Source: a virus (lineage: Duplodnaviria > Caudoviricetes). From it: a stretch of 56,832 nt of DNA. The stretch's first letter is position 1, and every line of letters begins with the position of its first letter. Below, in pieces: positions 48,647 through 56,832 of the stretch. The stretch covers positions 1 through 56,832 of IMG/VR virus record IMGVR_UViG_3300001533_002366. One strand, given 5' to 3'. A model generated the notes under the pieces. It did no database searches. It had not been told where the DNA came from and saw only the letters and a list, made by a program, of their open reading frames with translations. Position numbers and translations under genes: made by a program.

Positions 48647-49321
48647 ATGAAAAAAGTTATTTTAATGAAAAGAGTTATTTTAGTAGTTTTAATGGTAATG
48701 TTTCTAGCATCATTTGGGTGGGCATATACAATAAACGACCACCCAAATGATGCCATAGAGGCATCACCAGGAATTTATGAAAGTCTTGGAATAGACATCA
48801 ATGTCGTAAATGGATTTATGACATTCGATCTGTTTACAGCATTTGATGGATATAATCGGGTTGGCTCTTGGGATACATATGGTGCCGATCTGGCTCTTGA
48901 TTTTAATCGAGATGGATGGTTTGAAACCGCGTTTGGTCTGGATAATCATTCACCCACTTATGGCCACCTGATGACAGGAGTAACATCCTGGTTATCAAGT
49001 ACAGACAGAAAGAACCAAGACGGTGGTGCAAGTGGGAATTACAATTACGGTAATTCTCAATGGATTACAGCAGAGAACTTTACCGACTCGGTATTTTATG
49101 GAGTTGAACATGACACTATAGGATATCATTTCGAATTTCTAACCCCAGTAGACTACAATGGAGAAGATATTCAAATCCATTGGGGCACTGCAACATGTGC
49201 TAATGATATAGTTCAGGGAGATGCAAATGTACCTGTCCCTGAACCAGCAACTATGCTCTTACTGGGAAGTGGATTGATTGGACTTGCGGGAATTGGAAGG
49301 AAAAAAATGAAGAGAAGCTAG
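48647..49321 (+). CDS. PEP-CTERM sorting-domain protein
   Basis: Signal peptide; C.ND; C-terminal VPEPATMLLLGSGLIGLAGIGRKK. Confidence 0.9.
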   Translation: MKKVILMKRVILVVLMVMFLASFGWAYTINDHPNDAIEASPGIYESLGIDINVVNGFMTFDLFTAFDGYNRVGSWDTYGADLALDFNRDGWFETAFGLDNHSPTYGHLMTGVTSWLSSTDRKNQDGGASGNYNYGNSQWITAENFTDSVFYGVEHDTIGYHFEFLTPVDYNGEDIQIHWGTATCANDIVQGDANVPVPEPATMLLLGSGLIGLAGIGRKKMKRS

Positions 49322-49382
49322 AAAAAAAAGTAGATAGGATTTATTAATAATCCTATCTACTTTTTTTTGTAAAAATTTTATT

Positions 49383-49405
49383 CTATATATATAAATTATT
49401 GGAAT
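49383..49405 (+). promoter_or_regulatory. Motif B (CTATATATATAAATTATTGGAAT), putative early promoter
   Basis: Copies or variants at 22349, 23812, 24047, 25125, 25405, 48018 (+) and 43130-43152 (-), each upstream of an RBS and ORF. Confidence 0.75.
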
Positions 49406-49433
49406 GGTAATTAATCTTTAAAGGAGGGGAAAA

Positions 49434-49640
49434 ATGAATATAAAGCGACAACCCGATTATGGGTTCGAGGACTTTATCAGATTCACTCGAACCCATAAGT
49501 CATTCCGACAGTCAGTCGGAATGACATTTCGATTAATAACATGGTCAGTAAAGGGGGCTGACTATGTTATTGGCAAAATAGCTGACCCCTTCTTCAATAA
49601 GGTTGACAAAAAAGTGTCAACCTTATTGAAATTAGAATGA
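49434..49640 (+). CDS. Small hypothetical protein in a motif-B cassette
   Basis: Motif B at 49383, AAGGAGG RBS, terminator at 49642-49683. Confidence 0.65.
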   Translation: MNIKRQPDYGFEDFIRFTRTHKSFRQSVGMTFRLITWSVKGADYVIGKIADPFFNKVDKKVSTLLKLE

Positions 49641-49692
49641 GAAAAATAGGTAGGATTATTAATAAATCCTACCTATTTTTTTTGTAAAATTT

Positions 49693-50922
49693 TTATTCTA
49701 AAATTGGATGATCTAACTTTTCTATCTCTATTAAACTATGATCATAGTTTTTCCAATCATCTTGAATCTCATCAAAACAATAAAATTTTGACTCAAAATT
49801 TAATAGATAACCATTACTTGGTTTCAAATCTGCCTGAATTATCCATCCACCAATTGCCGGTGTTAATCCTTTTCTTTTTAAGTAATTTGTTTTTCCTTCA
49901 AATGTACCACAACATGCTCCAAATATTGGTCCAAACATTGCCTGAACTTCTATATGAAGATGCCCACAAAACACAAATCGAGTAGTTGGTCTTGATTCAG
50001 GACTATGAGTAATTGCTGATAACTCATTTAGAGCAACCTGTTCTACTCCCTTTTGAAGTCTATATGACAAACTATATGGGACCCCTCCACTTGGGTGCCA
50101 TAGTTTTGCAGTAACATTATCTAATAAAGGTATATCAGCCTCATCATAACCAAGATAATGAAAGTCTGGTCTTTTACTAGCAATAGATAAAAGAGGATTA
50201 TGACCCCCACCATTCTTAATAAAAGAATAATCATGATTACCACCAATAGCGTACCATTCAAATCCATTCGGAAGATTTCTTATTGCTGAAGATTCTTGTT
50301 CCTCTGCTGTCATTGCATATATATCAAATAATTGACCTCTATAAACTGAATTCCCAGTTACAACATCTCCTGGACATAAAATATGTTTTATTCCTTTCTT
50401 TCTACATATTTCAGCAAATTCATTTAAAGCTGTTATTTGAACTGAAGTAGAACCAAAATGAGGATCTGATACTACTGCAAATATAATTGACCTCCGTGAA
50501 ATTTGATCTATATATTCTTTTCTTGGGCCGAGTGTAGAAAATATTACATTACCATGACTCGTGTCCATTTCATATCCTTTTTCCCTGAAATAATCTACTA
50601 ATTCATAAACTATATTTGGTGAACAATGTAATTCATTACACATATCAACAATTTTAGCAACTTTTAATTTCGTTATTAAATCTAAGAATCTATTATCTAT
50701 TGGTATACTATCATCAAATTGAGAACTCTCATTAACATGATTATTCTTCCTTTTAAGAATAGAATATATATACTTTCTAAAAGCACTAAGACTTGAATTA
50801 TAATTATAATTAGATACTGCTGTTTTATACATCTCCGAGGCCGGAACTCCTTTTTTATGTGACTTTATAATAAAATTAATAAAATCTTTAAAGTCTTTAT
50901 TGGTACAATAATAATTTGACAT
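49693..50922 (-). CDS. HTH-containing metallophosphoesterase
   Basis: SDPHFG, GD, GNHD, H, GHLH; N-terminal HTH-like segments. Confidence 0.75.
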   Translation of the reverse strand: MSNYYCTNKDFKDFINFIIKSHKKGVPASEMYKTAVSNYNYNSSLSAFRKYIYSILKRKNNHVNESSQFDDSIPIDNRFLDLITKLKVAKIVDMCNELHCSPNIVYELVDYFREKGYEMDTSHGNVIFSTLGPRKEYIDQISRRSIIFAVVSDPHFGSTSVQITALNEFAEICRKKGIKHILCPGDVVTGNSVYRGQLFDIYAMTAEEQESSAIRNLPNGFEWYAIGGNHDYSFIKNGGGHNPLLSIASKRPDFHYLGYDEADIPLLDNVTAKLWHPSGGVPYSLSYRLQKGVEQVALNELSAITHSPESRPTTRFVFCGHLHIEVQAMFGPIFGACCGTFEGKTNYLKRKGLTPAIGGWIIQADLKPSNGYLLNFESKFYCFDEIQDDWKNYDHSLIEIEKLDHPILE

Positions 50923-51072
50923 ACTATCTCCTTTTTAAAATTTATAATGAATTATTTAATTTTATATTTGTTCTACTGTAGTAGAAAGAATATCGAATTA
51001 AACACTTACCAATGTTATATTAGAGTAGTTCATATACAAAAAGATTTGAACAGTTTTCAATAGAAATAATCT

Positions 51073-51678
51073 CTATTTATGTAAATGCTCCAATTTAAAT
51101 TCTTCCATCTCTTTCGTATAAAAACAATAATGAATTATCTTTGATTTTGCTAAAAATCTATTTGTATGATAATCTGGTTTTGGTAATATATGACTTGGAA
51201 AATGTGGAATTGCATAATCCATATAATGTGGAGTAAATGATATGCTTGGCATCCACATAAAAGCTTTACAATGTCTTGCTCTTGGATATTTTATCACTTC
51301 TCTGCCATCTTTCGTTGCCATATGATAATCAAATAACATATAAGGAAGATTACTTTGTTTAAAATTTTCGAAATCTTCTTTGAAACCAGGACCATATTCT
51401 TCATCTTCATCTAAAGTTAATACATAATCAGGTCGAACAAAATCGAGGGCTCTAATCATCACCTCTCTCCAATTCCACCTATTCCACTTTTCCTCATCTT
51501 TAATTACTTTTATATCTTTTGTATGATCACTTATATTACTCAAACATTCATCTAATATATTCTTATCTCCATTATTTTGATCAAAACGAATAACCAAATA
51601 ATCTACTATATCAGATAGTTTCCCAACCATTGTGGGCGCCATAGAAAAATTATTCACTGCTATTGTTCCAGCTATCAT
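51073..51678 (-). CDS. GT-A (GT2-like) glycosyltransferase
   Basis: D...D, R, DYVLTLDEDE (DxD), IIHY. Confidence 0.6.
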   Translation of the reverse strand: MIAGTIAVNNFSMAPTMVGKLSDIVDYLVIRFDQNNGDKNILDECLSNISDHTKDIKVIKDEEKWNRWNWREVMIRALDFVRPDYVLTLDEDEEYGPGFKEDFENFKQSNLPYMLFDYHMATKDGREVIKYPRARHCKAFMWMPSISFTPHYMDYAIPHFPSHILPKPDYHTNRFLAKSKIIHYCFYTKEMEEFKLEHLHK

Positions 51679-52908
51679 CTACTTTTCACCCTCCTTTAAT
51701 AATAGTGGTTTAAATTGTTCATACCATATTTTCTCATAAGAAAATTCCCACAACCCACTTCTATCTGGAAGACGAGGAATAACTTTATCCACTAATTCAT
51801 TAAAATAATCATCTTCAGTTGGATGATAATTTACTAATTGTAAATCCCCAGTATCGCCACTTTGAATTCCGGGTGTCCTAAATGAAGCATCAAAATACAT
51901 TGCTTGTGCCCCACCAAATTCCGCTAAAGATGGAAGTCTATTACTGAGTACTAATAAATTACCAGATATTTTAGCTTCCAACTCCACATTTGGAGATACT
52001 TCAGAATAACTTGCAAACACAAATAAATTTGCAAGTTTATATATATCTGATACGGCCTTTCTTGGGAGTGGTCTATTCTCATTTAAATCAGATGTAAAAA
52101 CAAAATCTTCATTTTCGATTAGACCTTTTGAAGTTGCTAAACTCTTCTTTACCATTATTTCAGATTGTACTCTACTTGCATTTGCATTTGCAAATACTAA
52201 TGCTACCTTCAAGCCCTTTCTTTTTAAAGATGCAAATACATTAATTACAGAGTCTAATCCCTTTGAATCCATTCTTGTAGCACAATGTGGAAGTATTTGT
52301 ATAGCATCCTTCTCGTAAAAATTTAACAACTTCGTAATCTTCCATGATAATGGATGAAAATCATTAAACTCTCTAAAATCTTTTGGGTTATATATACAAG
52401 CTACATCATCAATAGAACAATTGTACATTTTAGCTACACCTTGTCTTTCTGATTTATTCATATATACAATTGTAGATTTTGGTGGGAGATTATATCTAAG
52501 ACTATCTGGATACTGAGGATTTTTGGGTGGGTTTATCCAAGAAGAATGAATCCAATGATACCAGTGAGCTTTTAATTCAGGAGCAGCATTTCTTATTGCT
52601 TGATTCCAACAAAGAAAATTCCCATTTTTTTGGTATATTAAATCTGGAGTAAGAATTGCATCATAATCTTTTAAAAGAGTCTTATATTGATTTGTATAAA
52701 AATCGACCTTTTCTTTAAAATCATTAGAATGTGGTGGTACTAAATTTTTTACCATATGTGGATAAATGTCAGTACTACATCTCGAATCTACTAAAAAATC
52801 AAAATCCTGTTTAAAATAATCTAATAATCTTGCTCTTGCCAACCATCCAACATGAAGAGCATAACCATCCTGAAACGAACCAAAATGACTTAAAATTGCT
52901 ATCTTCAT
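51679..52908 (-). CDS. Glycosyltransferase (GT4-like)
   Basis: R...KG, LFVFAS.SE..P...LEA...G. Confidence 0.75.
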   Translation of the reverse strand: MKIAILSHFGSFQDGYALHVGWLARARLLDYFKQDFDFLVDSRCSTDIYPHMVKNLVPPHSNDFKEKVDFYTNQYKTLLKDYDAILTPDLIYQKNGNFLCWNQAIRNAAPELKAHWYHWIHSSWINPPKNPQYPDSLRYNLPPKSTIVYMNKSERQGVAKMYNCSIDDVACIYNPKDFREFNDFHPLSWKITKLLNFYEKDAIQILPHCATRMDSKGLDSVINVFASLKRKGLKVALVFANANASRVQSEIMVKKSLATSKGLIENEDFVFTSDLNENRPLPRKAVSDIYKLANLFVFASYSEVSPNVELEAKISGNLLVLSNRLPSLAEFGGAQAMYFDASFRTPGIQSGDTGDLQLVNYHPTEDDYFNELVDKVIPRLPDRSGLWEFSYEKIWYEQFKPLLLKEGEK

Positions 52909-52981
52909 AAAACTTCCCTTTCATAATTAATTATATTCATTTATATTTATTTGTTCTTTAAAAATAATGTTAGTTCAAAAA

Positions 52982-54277
52982 TTATTTTACATTCACAATA
53001 GAATTTGAAAATGTGCTATTCATTTCAAATTGTGGATATTTAGATTGCACTTCATTTGGTGAATAAAACATAACATATGACAAATATTTTAATGAAACAA
53101 ATTTTGAATCAAATATTGTTCTATAAAAAGTTTTATTCCAAGTACCAGTATTAAAATAAAAATATTCTTTATCATCAACAATTTTTAATGGAACTTTCTT
53201 TGGTATATGAGTATGACCATAGACAATATATTGGACTTTATCACTCAATGATTGTATTTCTTTTTCTGCTTTTTTTATATAAATATCTTTCCCATTCCAG
53301 AATTTTAGTTTCTCAATTATTTCTAAAAACTTTCTTAATTTAAAAATATTTAAATATTTTAAGAAGAACAATACTAATCTAATTTTATCTGATAAATCAA
53401 AAAATAAATACCAATGATTGTGTTTTTTATGCCAATCTTTTACATAAAAAAGATTATTATAGTCATCTATAATCTCTTTAATTTCATATCGAATAATATT
53501 TTGTATAGATAAGTTATCAGATATTTGATATGTTAACCATTTTATTACACTAGAAATTGGACGAATTTCATCCATCTCTTCAAAATTTCTCCATAACAAA
53601 CTTTTCTCTTTATCACTTAGTATTTGTATATCTGGATTCTTCATTAATTTCCAAGTAAACTTTTCAATTAATTCAGTTGTATTTACATCACCAATTGAAA
53701 CATTTCTATAATCATCAAATCTATGTTCTGACAATCCCTCATAATTAAATGAATCAAACTCATGTCCATGTCTTGCAAAGACTCCATAATTTTCTTCTAA
53801 GATACTAGTTGGAAAAGGTCCCTTTATCTCTGGTATATTTAACCACTTACATACCTTATGCCTTATAGATTCGTATTCATTACATAATCTATCATGATTA
53901 CCTGGTATAAATATTCTTATTGGTTCATAAGGAAAGTTAAATTCATCTTTTAAATTTCTACTTAATAAATCAAATATTTCTTGATTCTCTTTAATAAGAT
54001 TATCAAATATATCATTTGAACGAGATTCAATACTATTATATAGACATCCCCATGGTCTCTCTTCTTCTGAAGCATCTAACCATATACTACTCCTAAATAA
54101 ATCAAAAATATCTCCTAAAAATACTAACTTAATTTCTTCAATATGTCCACCTTGTTTCTCAATTAATTTACACTTACCAGAAAGTATTGAAAGAAAATCT
54201 TTAAACATATTTACATTTATTTTCTTCTTAGTCGTAGTTCCATCTGTAAAATGTAAATCACTAATAAAAGTAATCAT
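52982..54277 (-). CDS. Metallophosphoesterase (LpxH-like)
   Basis: SDLH, GDIFD, GNHD, HGH, GHTH, NTGTW. Confidence 0.8.
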   Translation of the reverse strand: MITFISDLHFTDGTTTKKKINVNMFKDFLSILSGKCKLIEKQGGHIEEIKLVFLGDIFDLFRSSIWLDASEEERPWGCLYNSIESRSNDIFDNLIKENQEIFDLLSRNLKDEFNFPYEPIRIFIPGNHDRLCNEYESIRHKVCKWLNIPEIKGPFPTSILEENYGVFARHGHEFDSFNYEGLSEHRFDDYRNVSIGDVNTTELIEKFTWKLMKNPDIQILSDKEKSLLWRNFEEMDEIRPISSVIKWLTYQISDNLSIQNIIRYEIKEIIDDYNNLFYVKDWHKKHNHWYLFFDLSDKIRLVLFFLKYLNIFKLRKFLEIIEKLKFWNGKDIYIKKAEKEIQSLSDKVQYIVYGHTHIPKKVPLKIVDDKEYFYFNTGTWNKTFYRTIFDSKFVSLKYLSYVMFYSPNEVQSKYPQFEMNSTFSNSIVNVK

Positions 54278-54418
54278 TAATTAATTACTCCTTTTAAAAT
54301 TAACAAAAAGAATGTAAGAACAAAAAATATAAGAAATTTCTTATAATAAAATCAAGTATTTACACACCACTTTTTAACAGTTCTTAGTAAATAATAGGAT
54401 TTTTTAATATATCTATAA

Positions 54419-56152
54419 CTACTTCATTTTATTATATTTTCTCTTAGTACTTTTTTTTGTATTTTCTTCGGTTTTTGGATTAGATTCATCTTCTATAATA
54501 TCGTTCTCTACAGTGACTTCTTCTACTTTTTCTTCAATCTTTTTAACTGGTTTATTTTTTTCTATAGTAATATTAATTTCATTAACATTCTTAATCACTT
54601 CTTCTGGGTCTGGAATATAATCCAACATATCTCCACGAACTATATCAATTGTATCTGGAGAGAAAGATGTAAAATTAATATCTAAATCATCAATAGTTAA
54701 CTTTTTATATAATGCTTTTACTTTATAATCTTGTCTTCCATGTCTGTATGGAATAATATGCCACGGCCATTTTGCTGATGGTATTACAACTAACCAATTA
54801 TCAAATGCCCCAGAAATATGAACTGGACAGGAATCATTTGTAATTGTGATTTTAGCTTGACTTATTATTGCTATTAGTCCTCCGAGAGTTGTTAAATCTC
54901 TAAAATCAACAGCCCCACTTGGGCAAGTTACATCTACATAACCTTGTTTATCATCCATTCTTTTTCCAATAATTCCAACTTTATAACCCTCTTCTACTAA
55001 ATCATCAATTATTTTTTGCCACCACTCAACTGGAAAGGTTTTGCTTGGCCACCATTTTCCTGGGTGTACTAAAACAAACTCTCTTAAATCAGTTATACCT
55101 GCGATTTCTATAATTTCGCTGAAATCCTCTGGATCCACTTCTAATTTTATATCTTTCTCATCTGGTGGAATTGTTTGTTTAATCATAGATATACTTGAAA
55201 AATCTGTTGGATGAAACATTACATGAGATAAATGATGTTCAGAATCTTTATCATCTGGACAGGAATGTAAAACTAATGTTGCATCATCATTTCCTTTATA
55301 TGTATTATAATCTAGTACTTCTACTTCTTTAATATGTTGAAACAATCTTGGATGATGTGTAACCACTTTCATATCAGAATCTGGAAATATATGTTTCTTT
55401 GTATATCTAATTACTGGTTCTGTACATAATTGATCTCCCATTCCAGCACTTACCGATATAACAACATTTCTTTTATGAACCGGATAATTAGGAGTATGTT
55501 CTTTAAAATACTCTATATCTTTTAATAAGATTGGAAATAATTGATCTTCTGGAGCTCCGGCGTAATGAAGGATATATGAATTATATCTAGATATACCAAT
55601 AATTTTATCCATCATACTCATTCTATTAAAATCCCAATGCAGATCCTGAACTTCATACTTATCTTTAGCAAGTCGAAGATTAATATACTGTTGATCAGCT
55701 TCAATAGTTTCACACTTTATTGGAAGTTTAAAGATATGCTTATGTATTCTAGACATTACCATTACACCAGAATTGTAAAATTTTCCATTCCAATTAAATA
55801 CATCTTCTCCATAAGCTTTACTTGCATCACGAATAAATTCTAAACGAGATTCATATCTCCCTTCATCAAAAGCAGCAAACTTATTTTCAGGAACTATATC
55901 AAATAAATCTGGGGTATCATCTCTTACTAATATATCTGTATCAAAAAATATTAATCTTTGATATCTATTTAGTAATTCATGTATCTGAAACTTTTGCCAT
56001 TTTTGAGTAGAAAATTTAGGATTTACTTCATCGATTACTACAAAATCTGCATCTATTTTCTCAGCATATGCTTTCATAAATGGATGAGTTAATTCGGCTA
56101 TCTTTTTATAGTAATCACCAATTGCCACAGTCATAATACATCTTTTATTCAT
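54419..56152 (-). CDS. GT8-like plus GT9 (heptosyltransferase-like) fusion glycosyltransferase
   Basis: FDTD, YNSGV, DQ..IN, HYAG; then GMGD, HPG....K..P, NDS.P.H...A. Confidence 0.75.
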   Translation of the reverse strand: MNKRCIMTVAIGDYYKKIAELTHPFMKAYAEKIDADFVVIDEVNPKFSTQKWQKFQIHELLNRYQRLIFFDTDILVRDDTPDLFDIVPENKFAAFDEGRYESRLEFIRDASKAYGEDVFNWNGKFYNSGVMVMSRIHKHIFKLPIKCETIEADQQYINLRLAKDKYEVQDLHWDFNRMSMMDKIIGISRYNSYILHYAGAPEDQLFPILLKDIEYFKEHTPNYPVHKRNVVISVSAGMGDQLCTEPVIRYTKKHIFPDSDMKVVTHHPRLFQHIKEVEVLDYNTYKGNDDATLVLHSCPDDKDSEHHLSHVMFHPTDFSSISMIKQTIPPDEKDIKLEVDPEDFSEIIEIAGITDLREFVLVHPGKWWPSKTFPVEWWQKIIDDLVEEGYKVGIIGKRMDDKQGYVDVTCPSGAVDFRDLTTLGGLIAIISQAKITITNDSCPVHISGAFDNWLVVIPSAKWPWHIIPYRHGRQDYKVKALYKKLTIDDLDINFTSFSPDTIDIVRGDMLDYIPDPEEVIKNVNEINITIEKNKPVKKIEEKVEEVTVENDIIEDESNPKTEENTKKSTKRKYNKMK

Positions 56153-56211
56153 AACATTTCTCCATTCTAAATTTTTTATTTTGTTCTATATTATATTCAT
56201 CTGATCAAATT

Positions 56212-56439
56212 TTATTCAACAAGAATTGGAACATTAGCTCTATTGATCTCATAATGTTTCTGGGTTCTATAAAATATATCACTATATTTTGAATCTCCAT
56301 AAGAAGCATTTCTTATTATAAATGATTCATTCCGGAGAGAATTAAAATTCTTCTGTGTATTATTTCTTGTTTTCTCATATTTAGATCCAAAGTCAAAACT
56401 AAGTTTTGGTGTTACTTGAACACACTCATAATGTGACAT
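56212..56439 (-). CDS. Hypothetical protein
   Basis: GGGAGG RBS. Confidence 0.5.
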   Translation of the reverse strand: MSHYECVQVTPKLSFDFGSKYEKTRNNTQKNFNSLRNESFIIRNASYGDSKYSDIFYRTQKHYEINRANVPILVE

Positions 56440-56456
56440 AAAAACCTCCCATATCT

Positions 56457-56816
56457 TTAAGTATTAGTCTCACCATTTTCTAATAAACCAACTTTTTCAC
56501 CAGCAAAATAAAAATATCTATATGCTTTATCAGCAATAACAAACTCATCACCCACTGCTGGATTTGATGTCCAATTCTCATCAACTATAATCTGTTCATT
56601 GGTATTTGATAAAATCGTTCTTGTCTGACCAAGACCACTTCCAGATATAATTATAATTGCTTTTCCTGCAAATTCATTTGTAATCCAGTTTTCACCAGTA
56701 CTATCTACAGAATTATTAGAAGATGAAGATACAGTCCCTTCATCACGTTTTTCAACAGCTACCATATCTTCATAGGAGAGCCCAAAAGCAATATATGATA
56801 TTCCTGTATTAATCAT
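56457..56816 (-). CDS. Probable virion/tail-associated protein (may extend past the window edge)
   Basis: W..N.FAG...I..G.G.GQ.R.I.SNT...W...P..GD.F motif seen in tail proteins. Confidence 0.45.
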   Translation of the reverse strand: MINTGISYIAFGLSYEDMVAVEKRDEGTVSSSSNNSVDSTGENWITNEFAGKAIIIISGSGLGQTRTILSNTNEQIIVDENWTSNPAVGDEFVIADKAYRYFYFAGEKVGLLENGETNT

Positions 56817-56832
56817 TGCATGATATAATGCA

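Noticed and set aside
1-56832. tRNA or rRNA genes
   Set aside because: No cloverleaf/T-loop pattern or rRNA-like GC-rich region was seen by eye in the intergenic spaces; tRNAscan-SE would be needed to be certain.

Overview
An AT-rich segment of a large T4-like/jumbo myophage genome in the standard genetic code. The host is bacterial; a PEP-CTERM gene points tentatively to Desulfobacterota or another Gram-negative group. Virion genes: major capsid protein, prohead protease, portal and tail sheath. Replication genes: a DnaB/gp41-like helicase, a UDG-fused family B DNA polymerase and an AEP primase-polymerase. Other identifiable genes: a probable 7-deazaguanine DNA-modification set (DpdA-like, QueE, an atypical QueC), nucleotide-metabolism enzymes, several glycosyltransferases, bS21, GroES, a DnaJ-like protein, an RNA ligase and two Hef-like homing endonucleases. 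The most unusual elements are four. (1) A ~294-nt structured non-coding RNA candidate, closed by a long-range stem, containing AAG repeats and preceded by its own promoter motif, lies right after a DIP1984-like coiled-coil gene. (2) A tandem array of at least 5 genes is built from 37 copies of a 23-aa repeat with three hypervariable positions on one predicted helix face. (3) Two phage-specific promoter-like motifs recur, one of which heads stand-alone small-gene cassettes. (4) A five-member family of Cys-rich HNH paralogs is present. All calls come from reading motifs by eye; no database searches were run.
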